The notes under the pieces: model-generated | What the model saw: only the letters and a program-made list of their open reading frames with translations | The model's database searches: none | Told to the model about the DNA's origin: nothing | Position numbers and translations under genes: made by a program | Shown: piece by piece, positions 52,251-61,477 of the stretch | Layout: every line of letters starts with the position of its first letter | Numbering within the stretch: position 1 is the stretch's first letter | DNA from: Crocinitomicaceae bacterium | Lineage (GTDB): Bacteria > Bacteroidota > Bacteroidia > Flavobacteriales_D > Crocinitomicaceae | Assembly: GCA_044376455.1 (NCBI GenBank) | Contig: JBIPMW010000308.1 | Coordinates: forward strand, 8,527-72,526 | Length of the DNA stretch: 64,000 nucleotides | Direction of reading: 5' to 3'

Positions 52251-52281
52251 GGTAGTTTAGTTAGTAAAGTTAACAATTCTG

Positions 52282-52737
52282 TTAAGATTTATGTTCAAGT
52301 ATTCCAATTCGTTTATCAAATTCTTCCTGTTTCTTGCGAATTGTTTCTATTTGATCAGAAATAGATGAGAAAGCTTCTTGTTTGGCTTTAATTAGGCTCA
52401 TCTCTTTGTCGAGTTGAGATGTTAATGTGGTCAGTTTTTCTATTCCTGTTGATAGTTTTTCGACCATTTTCTCTAGTTTCTGTTCAAGAGATTCCATCTT
52501 CCTTGATGTTTTCTCAAAGGTTTCGTGATCAAGTTCTTTAGCCTGTGATCTGGTATTTTTTGAAAGCATACTGAGTAATGCTATTGCAATAGCCAAAACA
52601 GTGCCAATGTCATTAAAACTTATTTTTAGACCATAATTCCCAGCATAGGGGGGATGGCTTTGGTTAGCAAGAGAAATATAATACATAGTAAAAGGGGGAT
52701 GGCTTTGGTTAGCAAGAGCATAGTAAAAGGGGAACAT
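52282..52737 (-). CDS. holin-like / lysis-associated membrane protein with C-terminal coiled coil
   Basis: One TM segment (IGTVLAIAIALLSML) followed by heptad repeats. Directly upstream of the endolysin. The start is uncertain because of the 45-bp repeats at the 5' end. Confidence 0.4.
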   Translation of the reverse strand: MFPFYYALANQSHPPFTMYYISLANQSHPPYAGNYGLKISFNDIGTVLAIAIALLSMLSKNTRSQAKELDHETFEKTSRKMESLEQKLEKMVEKLSTGIEKLTTLTSQLDKEMSLIKAKQEAFSSISDQIETIRKKQEEFDKRIGILEHKS

Positions 52738-52887
52738 AAAACCATTCTAGTCTTTTTTCTTTACTGAATAAAATATTTAAAAAAACTTAATTTTGTCTTA
52801 AATGTGCAAGGTAAAAGTCGTTGCCTTTTATGAAGTTTCCAAAGCTGGGATGCCTCCAAAGTTTTGAAAGTTATCCCAGTGTCGTTG

Positions 52888-54597
52888 TTATTGCTGTTTT
52901 GGGGAACTTAATAAAAAGTCATTTCCAGGCATAAAGTTACCAAAACTGGGGATATTGCCAAAATTGATAGTATTATTCCAAATGTCTTTACAAGTATTGT
53001 AGGTTTTGTCACAGCCGGCAGTAAGGATTACGCCGTCATGGACGGCCACTGGACTAGACGCTTCGGTAAATAACTGAATTTGAGTTTTACCCCCAAATAT
53101 TGAAACAGTTCGATAAATTGCGTAAGTAGCTGATTTATTTGCTCCGTCCGTAAAAGTGCATTTCCCCCAAGTAAGATTTTGATATTCTCCCCACACTTCA
53201 AAGTCTCTCCGGCTATTAACGCCAGCAATTTGAGTTTCGTAAAATGGTACTTCTTTGCGGCATCCTGAGTTGTCGCCGTTATTTTGCCCAAAAGCCCATT
53301 GGCAAAAAGGCGATGTTTTTTCGTCCCTACTTTGCCTTAAATTAATACTAGAGGCAGTAAGATTTTCAAGTGTATAGCTTTCTCCCCCAAGTGATTTAAT
53401 TTCTCCCACATAACCTATCTGGATTTGTTCTTCTGGAAGGACTAAAAGTGAGTTAGGTAGGTTTTTCCAGTTAACAATTGCTGTAATAATTCGGGCTTCT
53501 CTAAATCTATCAGAAAAAAGCAAATTTTCGTCAATATTATCGCCAAAAGCACCCTTATATTCTTGATTATCTGATTGTATTCCTAATTGCCTCTCTATTG
53601 CAGTCGGATCAAGGGCTTGCCTTGCCCGAAATATTATCCCACCAATTTTTAAGTCTTGAGAGAAATTCGTATAACCGAGTTTTTCTCCGTTTGTAAGTTC
53701 GATTAAAACGCAATGGCACAGCGTTAAAACAGAATTTGCAAATAAATCTCCTAATCCCTCGTCTTGTTGTATTCCCTCGGTAAATCTTCTAATTTGTAAT
53801 TCTCCAAGTGAATAGATTTGTAAGGAGGTTTGGTTTTGGTAACTTAAAGAAACAGAATTAAATCGAGATAAAATAGATAAATCATTAACTAAATCAGGAT
53901 AACGAAATGTAGCTCCTGAGCCTTTGGTACACAACCATAAAGCAATCAAATAGTCAATATCTTTTTGTGATAAAGTTGTTCTTTGCTGTAAAGAACTAAT
54001 ATCAGAAAGGATATTTTTTCGAGAAAATCTTCTTCTTTCTCCACTAGATAAACTAATAATATTCGTCTCAAAGCTGGGAGAAATCGTACATCTTTTGGTT
54101 AGATTTAAATCAAAATCATGGTTTAAGCCAGGATAAAAAACATCATTATATTCCAGTAAGGCAATGTCTGGTTGAATTCTTGATTCCCGTAAAATTAACT
54201 TTGGAATAGAAAAGATGGTTCTATTGCTGTCATCTTTCCTAATAGGCTGATAATCTAATTTATCTTCTTCAAAATGACACAATACCTTAAAAGTACCTGA
54301 CCATGTTAATTTTTTGTTAGTGTCAGGAGGGCTATTAAATACTATTCTATCAGGAGCTACTATATATTCTGATTGTGGTATTTCTGTATTTCCTATATAA
54401 ATCTTTAGATTTTCAACATCTGGATAAAGAATAGGTCTGTAATGAATATTGATCCCAACTTCATTAGTATTGCCTACAGGATCGCCTATAAGATATTTTT
54501 TAAGCAAGATAAATTCTGTATTAATTCCATTATTCTCTGGAGAAAATATTCCTTCTGTCATGGGAGGAATATCTGCTGAAAGATTTATTAAAGACAT
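52888..54597 (-). CDS. GTA-type tail hub protein (DUF2163 / BR0599-like C-domain; N-part resembles second half of DUF2460)
   Basis: GKCTFTDGANKS..GVILTAGCDKTYNTCKDIWNNTINFGNIP..MPGNDF fits the BR0599 family. The N-terminal part ..FKVLCHFEEDKLDY resembles the end of DUF2460. Confidence 0.65.
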   Translation of the reverse strand: MSLINLSADIPPMTEGIFSPENNGINTEFILLKKYLIGDPVGNTNEVGINIHYRPILYPDVENLKIYIGNTEIPQSEYIVAPDRIVFNSPPDTNKKLTWSGTFKVLCHFEEDKLDYQPIRKDDSNRTIFSIPKLILRESRIQPDIALLEYNDVFYPGLNHDFDLNLTKRCTISPSFETNIISLSSGERRRFSRKNILSDISSLQQRTTLSQKDIDYLIALWLCTKGSGATFRYPDLVNDLSILSRFNSVSLSYQNQTSLQIYSLGELQIRRFTEGIQQDEGLGDLFANSVLTLCHCVLIELTNGEKLGYTNFSQDLKIGGIIFRARQALDPTAIERQLGIQSDNQEYKGAFGDNIDENLLFSDRFREARIITAIVNWKNLPNSLLVLPEEQIQIGYVGEIKSLGGESYTLENLTASSINLRQSRDEKTSPFCQWAFGQNNGDNSGCRKEVPFYETQIAGVNSRRDFEVWGEYQNLTWGKCTFTDGANKSATYAIYRTVSIFGGKTQIQLFTEASSPVAVHDGVILTAGCDKTYNTCKDIWNNTINFGNIPSFGNFMPGNDFLLSSPKQQ

Positions 54598-54605
54598 AGT
54601 AAATT

Positions 54606-55430
54606 TTATCTAACAATATTTTGGGGACAATAGATACCAGATTGATAAGGGACGTTAATAGTTTTTTCTATTCTGGTAGGAAAAGTTGGTAGGCAATAGA
54701 TTCCAGATTGATAAGGAACATTAATGATTTTTTCTGGTCTGATAGGAAAAGTTGGTGAACAATAAGTTAAAGGATAGTAAAGACTTCTTTTAACCTCATA
54801 ATCAGAAAGATCACGGTAAAGAAAGTCTTCTTTTGATCCTTTCATTTCTTCATGAAAATCAAGGATAGCGTTTAAATCATCGGGTTTTAATACAGTCCGA
54901 GAAAGATTGAATACCCTAACGGGACTAGCCCATTCTACTATCCTTTGTTCGGCTCCGCTTGTGTTCTCTAGCAAAGAGTTAGAAAATTGAATTTCTGTTT
55001 GATAATCCTTGTCTGGAATAATCGGAAATTCAGGAATATTTACTGGGTAAGGATTACTGGGAAAATCGTTCGCGTTAGTAACGCGAACGATGTCAATTAT
55101 TGTGACATCATAGGCAAGTTTTTTGGGTTCAGTTACAGTACCAGAATAAGTGTAATTTTTACTGGTTCTTTCCAAAGGAATTGTGTCAGTAACCGAACCA
55201 GTGTAACGAGAACTGTACTGATTTTCTGGAATAGAGAAAATATTTACTTGCTGTCCAAATTTGCTGGCTATTTTCCAGAATTGACCAAACAAATTAATTC
55301 CACCAACAATCTTTAATACTGGGTTTTTATCCCAAGAAATGGGTGTACCCGTACGCCAAAATATAAAGGTTTCTTGGCTTCCATCCAAGCTTTTCTGTCT
55401 AGCAGTTCCAAAAATGTGATAGTAGATCAT
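54606..55430 (-). CDS. distal-tail-like protein (first half of DUF2460-like domain) ending in a Cys-containing 22-aa repeat
   Basis: ..TSGAEQRIVEWASPVRVFNLS...DFHEEMKGSKEDFLYRDLSDY resembles the DUF2460 N-half. The C-terminus carries PTFP[IT]R[IP]EK[IT]INVPYQSGIYC repeats. Confidence 0.5.
   Translation of the reverse strand: MIYYHIFGTARQKSLDGSQETFIFWRTGTPISWDKNPVLKIVGGINLFGQFWKIASKFGQQVNIFSIPENQYSSRYTGSVTDTIPLERTSKNYTYSGTVTEPKKLAYDVTIIDIVRVTNANDFPSNPYPVNIPEFPIIPDKDYQTEIQFSNSLLENTSGAEQRIVEWASPVRVFNLSRTVLKPDDLNAILDFHEEMKGSKEDFLYRDLSDYEVKRSLYYPLTYCSPTFPIRPEKIINVPYQSGIYCLPTFPTRIEKTINVPYQSGIYCPQNIVR
54610..54719 (-). repeat. 110-bp direct repeat, copy A
   Basis: 108/110 identical to 56414-56523 (gg versus aa at one dinucleotide). 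Confidence 0.9.
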
Positions 55431-55433
55431 AGC

Positions 55434-56402
55434 TTAAGGATTCATCGTAATACCATCGGTAATAATTGGCATCAACAAGCTGCCGCCCCCAGCCACCTTG
55501 CTAACTACTAGATGAAAGTGATCTTCTGGCGTTGGTTGGGCTGGTGGGACTGTTTCAACTCTGTGTAGACTATTTATCGGTAGGTCTTGAGTAGTAAATA
55601 ATAAGAACGGCCTCGCTATTCCTATTGGATAATTAGTGCCGTAATCGGTAGTGCCGTTGTCACGGAAAATAAGATTGGAAACACTAGCATTAGGTGTAGG
55701 GGTAGCACAGGCTATAGAAGTAATCGGTAATACAAATTGAGGATTTGCACCGCCTGGCGGTGATACTCCAGGTATTGTCATTTCTTTGATTCTTCCCGCC
55801 CCCAAGTCGGGACCCGTTCCATTACCCAATCCATAAGCAGTAATGTAATCCAGTGGATAGGAATTATTGTTCCCAAAATAAGCAACTGATGCTGGATTAT
55901 CGCAGTATCCGAAGTAGTGGAAGGAATATATGTTGCCAAAAGTATTTAATCCAGTATTATTAATCGCAAACATAGCGATACCTTTGTTATCTCCACAAGC
56001 GTAAAAATATCCTGACGCCGCGCCGTTATAGTTACCAACAATTGTAAATCTATTGTCGTTCAGTTGAGTTTTTGTTTGGTAAGTGTGTCCTGACCAGCCC
56101 CAAAAAAAAGGGTTTTGTCCAATAGTATTGCTAAAGAAGATTTGCGCCCGATGTCGGCCACTACTCCAGCCAAAGCTGCCATCGACATCCCCGAATTGTA
56201 TTAAATCAGTATCAACTGCTGGAAACCGAATATTAATCTGGTTATCTGGATCAGGTTTGACAAACCGATGAGTTGAGGTGATACCAATGGCATCTAAAAA
56301 TAAAAGAAAATTAGCCAAATTGAAGTAAACTCCGCCAGCGTCAGCGGTACGCCAGCCATAAGTGGCAAATGTGTTTCTTGAACCAACAACAGGTAAGGTC
56401 AT
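55434..56402 (-). CDS. hypothetical tail protein (receptor-binding candidate)
   Basis: 322 aa, G/N/T/F-rich. Start moved to MTLPVVGS with AGGAG 9 nt upstream. Flanked by the 110-bp repeats. Confidence 0.5.
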   Translation of the reverse strand: MTLPVVGSRNTFATYGWRTADAGGVYFNLANFLLFLDAIGITSTHRFVKPDPDNQINIRFPAVDTDLIQFGDVDGSFGWSSGRHRAQIFFSNTIGQNPFFWGWSGHTYQTKTQLNDNRFTIVGNYNGAASGYFYACGDNKGIAMFAINNTGLNTFGNIYSFHYFGYCDNPASVAYFGNNNSYPLDYITAYGLGNGTGPDLGAGRIKEMTIPGVSPPGGANPQFVLPITSIACATPTPNASVSNLIFRDNGTTDYGTNYPIGIARPFLLFTTQDLPINSLHRVETVPPAQPTPEDHFHLVVSKVAGGGSLLMPIITDGITMNP

Positions 56403-56406
56403 AAGA

Positions 56407-56562
56407 TTAACTCCTAACAATATTTTGGGGACAATAGATACCAGATTGATAAGGGACGTTAATAGTTTTTTCTATTCTAATAGGAAAAGTTGGTAGGCAA
56501 TAGATTCCAGATTGATAAGGAACCACTAAAAGATTGCGTGGAAAAAACAGATACCTAGACAT
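56407..56562 (-). CDS. possible 51-aa ORF encoding only the PYQSGIYC repeat module
   Basis: MSRYLFFPRNLLVVPYQSGIYCLPTFPIRIEKTINVPYQSGIYCPQNIVRS. The ATG overlaps the end of 56555-57220. Confidence 0.35.
   Translation of the reverse strand: MSRYLFFPRNLLVVPYQSGIYCLPTFPIRIEKTINVPYQSGIYCPQNIVRS
56414..56523 (-). repeat. 110-bp direct repeat, copy B
   Basis: See copy A. Confidence 0.9.
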
Positions 56563-57220
56563 ATTTCCTTCCTACAGTAAAAAACAAATGTTTGGGGGTA
56601 CTGATAGCAGAAACAACAAGTTCTACTCTGCTCCCTACATCAACAAAATTTCCTGTTGTTACGGGAACAGTTAATCGAGTAGAAGTAATAGATAAATTAT
56701 TTAACCCAGGGACATCTACTCCATTAATTTTAACTGATACAGTAGCTGTACCGGATTGATTTATGGCACTAAAACTTAGGATGTTATACCCTCTTAATAA
56801 AGCAAAATCAAGAGGATAAGTTTGAATGGTAGGAGCTTCTATATCCCCAGAATATTGATCAAAATTAGAAACGAGTACCCAATTTGTACCATTGAAAAAT
56901 ATTGTTTCTCCAGAAACAAGAAAAACTGTTAGACCAGTAAAAGGCTGCCAAAAACTCCAAACTCCCGTAGGCAATCCGTTTAAACCAACTACAGGGTAGG
57001 CTATTTGATTGGTCTTTCCCGCCCATGCCCCAGTAGCTCCTGTAGGGACAATATAGTAGCTATCTATATTCTGGGGGTTTGGGGGTGAAGTAAGGGTACG
57101 GGAAAGAATAGGAGCGGAGCCTATAGAAATAAGTCTAAATAGCTCGTTTGCTATTTGTTCTTTATATTCCTGAGAAGATGTCAGTAATAACCCATTATTC
57201 CCGAATATTGTCCCAGTCAT
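56555..57220 (-). CDS. DUF2793-like tail/fibre protein
   Basis: ..PPNPQNIDSYYIVPTGATGAWAGKTNQIAY....WSFWQP..G..VF......FFNGTNW fits the DUF2793 pattern known from GTA-type tails (from memory). Confidence 0.5.
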   Translation of the reverse strand: MTGTIFGNNGLLLTSSQEYKEQIANELFRLISIGSAPILSRTLTSPPNPQNIDSYYIVPTGATGAWAGKTNQIAYPVVGLNGLPTGVWSFWQPFTGLTVFLVSGETIFFNGTNWVLVSNFDQYSGDIEAPTIQTYPLDFALLRGYNILSFSAINQSGTATVSVKINGVDVPGLNNLSITSTRLTVPVTTGNFVDVGSRVELVVSAISTPKHLFFTVGRKYV

Positions 57221-59018
57221 CCCCGAATTCCTCTCCCATCTTGGCTTTTACCCAGTTATTGTTTTCAATTTTACAAAGACTTTTCAAGTAAGCCTCGTAA
57301 TTATTCAAGTCTTTTACAGTATAGTCTTTTTTAAAGATTGCGTGCAACTTCCAAGCTTTAGGAGGCATCCAGTCCTTGCTTAATTTAGGATTTTTGAATG
57401 TTTTTATCATCCATCCCCGGACACTATCAATATGTTCACCTTTCTTGTAAGCTTCTTTGAGGGCGTACTTATAGGCTAGGTATAACTCTCTATCCTTGTC
57501 GTGAATTATAATTTCTAGTCTTTCGTTAGCTATTTGTTTTTTCTCTTTTGTTGGAAATTCGTAACCACAATGAGGACAGATACGAGCAGATGCGTAGGTT
57601 ATTTTACCGCAGTTTTCGCACTCTTTAATCGGAGCTTGTCCTTTTTGAGTATCGGAAGATGTAGAGAGCTTAGGATAATCTACATCTTCAATAAATCCGT
57701 GTTCGGTTACGTTCCCCGCTTGATCCAATACCAAACAATCAACTTTATCTAACCAAATACAGAGCCTTTGTCCCCGACCAGTCATCTGAATATAAAGGGT
57801 TCGGCTTTTGGTCGGTCTGGCGTGAATAATACAAGAAATTGCGGGTAGGTTAAATCCTATTCCACAAGTGTTAATATTTACAATCCCTCTCAATCTTAAT
57901 TCAGCTACTTTTCTAAATATTTCTCTTCTTTCCTGTTCTGGTGTTTCGGCTGTTATAACAGCCGTAGGGATACCCCTTTCGTTAAATTCTGTACAGAGGC
58001 TTTTGGCGTGTTCCACACCCGCCGCAAAACAAACAAATTGTCTCCCCTGACCGAGCCTACGATACTCGGAAACCGTCGATTTTACCGCTTCTAAACAACG
58101 AATTTCTAACTGACTAGCATCAAAGTCACCGCCATTAATTTTTACCCCTTTAGTATTTATTTTATTTTTAGTTCCGAAATAGACACAGCCAACAAGCGCA
58201 CCCCGTTCGATCATTCCTTTTGGAGTAGGCCCAGTCACTTGAACCTCGAAAATATCCCCTAACTCTTCACGTTTCGATAACCGCCACGGGGTTGCGGTTA
58301 GACCAATTACGAGACGATTATCTACTGGTAGGGGTTTCCCCGAAAAAAGATGCTGTTGCTTACGAATCACTTCCCATGCCGAGTTTATTTCTTGTAAGAT
58401 TTCTTTTGATTCAGCGTGAATTAAGTTAAGATGTTTGTATTTTTCCTTAGCTTCATCAAAAGTTATTTTGTAAGTTTCTATATCTTCTCTTTCTACGGCA
58501 ATACCTAATACTGCTAATTCATCACGAATGTCTTTGATTGAGGTTGTCTGTTTACCATTCTTAAGATTAGTAAAATTATCCTTAAACCATTGACAATAAG
58601 CTGATAAATGAACCTCGTCGGCTAGTATTACTTCGGGGTTAAACCAAGTAATACTGCGTCCTCTAGACAAGGTTTGAGTTGTTGCAATCTGAACTAATTG
58701 ACTTCTATCTTCTTTGTAGCTACCAGCAATTACTCCGGCAGTTAATCCAAATTTCCCTAGAGTTTCTAGGGTTTGCTGAATGAGTACGGTAAACGGTACT
58801 ACAATTAAAGTCCGTCGCTGTCTTTTTACGGCGGCATCATAAATTATTTGACAGAAAAATACTGTCTTTCCCCATCCGCAAGGGGCAACTACTAAGGCTC
58901 TTTTATGGATTTTTAGAGCATCATACAGTTCTCTTTTAAGAGTTTTTTGGTCGTCTCTTAATTGAATTTGTGGCTTAGGCGGTACAAAAAGTGTTTGTGT
59001 TTGTAGTGTTAGTGTCAT
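57195..59018 (-). CDS. SF2 DEAD/DEAH-box DNA helicase with C-terminal zinc ribbon
   Basis: Walker A APCGWGKT, motif II ADEVH, GLTATPWR, and CENCG..CPHCG. Confidence 0.85.
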   Translation of the reverse strand: MTLTLQTQTLFVPPKPQIQLRDDQKTLKRELYDALKIHKRALVVAPCGWGKTVFFCQIIYDAAVKRQRRTLIVVPFTVLIQQTLETLGKFGLTAGVIAGSYKEDRSQLVQIATTQTLSRGRSITWFNPEVILADEVHLSAYCQWFKDNFTNLKNGKQTTSIKDIRDELAVLGIAVEREDIETYKITFDEAKEKYKHLNLIHAESKEILQEINSAWEVIRKQQHLFSGKPLPVDNRLVIGLTATPWRLSKREELGDIFEVQVTGPTPKGMIERGALVGCVYFGTKNKINTKGVKINGGDFDASQLEIRCLEAVKSTVSEYRRLGQGRQFVCFAAGVEHAKSLCTEFNERGIPTAVITAETPEQERREIFRKVAELRLRGIVNINTCGIGFNLPAISCIIHARPTKSRTLYIQMTGRGQRLCIWLDKVDCLVLDQAGNVTEHGFIEDVDYPKLSTSSDTQKGQAPIKECENCGKITYASARICPHCGYEFPTKEKKQIANERLEIIIHDKDRELYLAYKYALKEAYKKGEHIDSVRGWMIKTFKNPKLSKDWMPPKAWKLHAIFKKDYTVKDLNNYEAYLKSLCKIENNNWVKAKMGEEFGDDWDNIRE

Positions 59019-59051
59019 GATATTAGGTGATTTTGTTAGCTTTAGATATCT

Positions 59052-59585
59052 CTAGTCCAATTCCATCAAAGCACTGCAAATATTTGCCATTATTTTTGGA
59101 TTTTCTGCAAGTAATTCCCCGCAAAAGTCATCGCACCAAAACCGCCATAGATTACTTCCAGCTATCACATTTCTTTGATTGCATATAAAAATAAGGTAAT
59201 CAAATAACTCCGTATTAGCAGACAAATCAAACACTTCTCTTGCTATTTTAATTGGTTTAATTTTTGTGTTTTTTGTCATACCAATACATAAATTGTCTTT
59301 CCAGAATTTTTCTTCTTCTGTAGGATCAAAACAATATTTTATTCCTAAAATCATTGTTTTACCGCATTGTCGAGTTCGTTCTTGTAGTCTTAGTAACAGA
59401 TTTTTTTCGTCGTCAGCTTTTCCAATCTTAAGATGGCAAAGACTAGGAGTCCAAAGTAGATAAAATATTTTTTGCTCTTGACTTGGTTCGCACCAATCAT
59501 CAGGAATTAAATATTCAAAATCTTGTCCGAAGATTTTTTCACAGTATTCTGCATCACTTTCGTTGTCATTAAAAGTCATAATCAC
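59052..59585 (-). CDS. hypothetical protein
   Basis: 177-aa ORF. The weak IFYLLW..LKIGKADD pattern may be GIY-YIG/T5orf172-like, but I do not call it. Confidence 0.5.
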   Translation of the reverse strand: MIMTFNDNESDAEYCEKIFGQDFEYLIPDDWCEPSQEQKIFYLLWTPSLCHLKIGKADDEKNLLLRLQERTRQCGKTMILGIKYCFDPTEEEKFWKDNLCIGMTKNTKIKPIKIAREVFDLSANTELFDYLIFICNQRNVIAGSNLWRFWCDDFCGELLAENPKIMANICSALMELD

Positions 59586-59586
59586 C

Positions 59587-60075
59587 TCAAAATTGTATTT
59601 CAGTTTTGATAAAATTTGATATAGCTTCTGCTATTTCGCCTGTCTTGTCACGAATAAAGGTAATCTCCTCTTGTTTGTCAGAGATTCCAAATCCTGAGCA
59701 ATACCCATTATCTAGATCACCATACTCTTTACACATGGCTATTTCTTTTATTTTTCCTGTTCTTAAATCAAATATCGTACCAGTTAATCTGATTTCTGGT
59801 ATTAAGCCAAAGCTTGGTATAAAACCACAAAAAACCTCGACATGGGCTATTGTCTGACTATCTAAAAGAACCCTAGCATTAGCTATTAGGCAAATTTGTT
59901 CATCAAATTTTAATTGCCATTCAGACCAAAGAAAATTTTTAAACGACCAACTGTTCCAGTCAGAATTAGCATTATATTCTTTATAACAAAAAGATGCAAT
60001 CTTTTGTAGTAGTCTTGTTTTGTGTGTGCGTTCTATAGCTTCTAACTTTTTAAAAAACTCTTCTGCTGTTGTCAT
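59587..60075 (-). CDS. paralog-array member (C-terminus AISNFIKTEIQF)
   Basis: 162 aa. See the array finding. Confidence 0.6.
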   Translation of the reverse strand: MTTAEEFFKKLEAIERTHKTRLLQKIASFCYKEYNANSDWNSWSFKNFLWSEWQLKFDEQICLIANARVLLDSQTIAHVEVFCGFIPSFGLIPEIRLTGTIFDLRTGKIKEIAMCKEYGDLDNGYCSGFGISDKQEEITFIRDKTGEIAEAISNFIKTEIQF

Positions 60076-60124
60076 GGTGTCACCTCGGTTTGTATTTCAT
60101 GTTCGATAAATGAAAGAATGTTAA

Positions 60125-60628
60125 TTACAATTTGTGTACCTTTACCCCATAAACATATTCCATCTTGTATAAAAGCCATTTTTCTAAAATAGTCTCCAAT
60201 ATCTTTTCTGTTTCTGGAATTAAAATATTTAACTCTTCTTTGTTTCCGCTTGGATAAAGATTATAACTTGAGGTTTTATCGTTTCTGTCAAGACTGTAGT
60301 TCCAACGCAGAATAACCAAAGACCCGCCTAACGTACCTTCTATTGTGATTTTTTCAAGGGATTTGTCCGCTAATTGATATTCAGTCGAAATTTCTCGACA
60401 TTCAATCAAAACTTCATACTTTTTGTTTTTTATTAACTTACCATAAGTTTTGTAAAGATAATCTTCTTTAATTATCAAAGTTCCTATTAAACGAATACAT
60501 TTATCGTCTGCGACCGTATCCCACTCCGAGATGTCCACTGTATCGTATTCGGAGATACTCATCTGCTCAAAAGTTTTTTTAAAGAAATCTCTGATTTCTT
60601 TTAGTGACTTTTCTTTTAATACTTCCAT
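60125..60628 (-). CDS. paralog-array member (..ELNILIPETEKILETILEKW..)
   Basis: 167 aa. Confidence 0.6.
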   Translation of the reverse strand: MEVLKEKSLKEIRDFFKKTFEQMSISEYDTVDISEWDTVADDKCIRLIGTLIIKEDYLYKTYGKLIKNKKYEVLIECREISTEYQLADKSLEKITIEGTLGGSLVILRWNYSLDRNDKTSSYNLYPSGNKEELNILIPETEKILETILEKWLLYKMEYVYGVKVHKL

Positions 60629-60638
60629 TGTTTTTACC

Positions 60639-60971
60639 TCAAATACAAATAACTAAATCACCGACGCAAACATTGATAAATTTCTCGCAATCGTATCGAG
60701 AATTGTTGCAAGCTTGAATAATAGAGGTATTTTCCTCAACAGAAATAACCTTCCCCGACCCTTTATAAAGGATACGATGACCAATGAAGTCTCTAGTTAT
60801 TGGGTCGTATATTGGCTTGTTTGTAATTGAATAAACCAAGTGAGAGGCATCTATTCGGATACAATTTAATTTACCACGGTTTATTACTACTTTAAAATCA
60901 TCGATAACTTTAATTACCTTAGCTGGATACGTTCCTTTAGTCGGAAGTCCTAGTTCTTCGTTTGTTGCCAT
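60639..60971 (-). CDS. hypothetical protein inside paralog array (unrelated fold)
   Basis: Start moved to MATNEELGLPTKG. It ends ..NVCVGDLVICI. Confidence 0.5.
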   Translation of the reverse strand: MATNEELGLPTKGTYPAKVIKVIDDFKVVINRGKLNCIRIDASHLVYSITNKPIYDPITRDFIGHRILYKGSGKVISVEENTSIIQACNNSRYDCEKFINVCVGDLVICI

Positions 60972-60975
60972 TGTT

Positions 60976-61472
60976 TTAAGTGTCTGTAGCCTCAATTGTT
61001 TTAATAAAGCCTAAAATAGTCTCCATTATCTTTGTTGCTTCTGGAATCAATATCTTTAAACCTTCGTTATCTCCCGCAACATCTGATTCTTCTTTAGTTG
61101 AAATAAGCTGAACCCAGCTTTTATTTTCTTGGCGATAATCTCCTATTAGCAACATAGTCACCTGAGTTTGTGTCAAATAACTTTCTACTTTAGTCTCTAA
61201 AATGTTAGACGGCTTGGGAAGATATTTAATTGAAATATAATATCTTCCTAGTAAATGTCATGAGGAAAAACTCCTTGTAGTAATTCGCTAGGATAAACAA
61301 CAAAAATCACGCCTTTTAAGACAAGCTCCCCATATAAATGCTCGAAAGTATTGGTGTCCTTGTCGTAGGAACTTACGCCGAGCTTCTGCGCTTCAAGACT
61401 CCAATTTTTAGGATGCTTAAAAGTTTCTTTACAGAAAACCTCAATTTGTTTTAATGCTTCTGTTTTGTTCAT
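60976..61472 (-). pseudogene. decayed paralog-array member split into out-of-frame N- and C-pieces
   Basis: 61248-61472 holds the N-half (EALKQIEVFCKETFK..VYPSELL) and 60976-61176 the C-half (..GDNEGLKILIPEATKIMETILGFIKTIEATDT). Together they match the intact 61478-61888. Confidence 0.6.
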
Positions 61473-61477
61473 TAGCG

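Noticed and set aside
52828-52887. Sequence after the hub gene stop (QRHWDNFQNFGGIPALETS) resembles the hub C-terminal NFGxIP motif and could be a readthrough extension.
   Set aside because: It is only 19 codons before the next stop. It looks like a decayed duplication of the gene's 3' end, and there is no evidence of function.
54610-56523. The 110-bp repeat pair could be a diversity-generating retroelement template/variable repeat pair.
   Set aside because: No reverse transcriptase ORF is present in the window. The copies differ at only one dinucleotide, rather than at many adenine positions.
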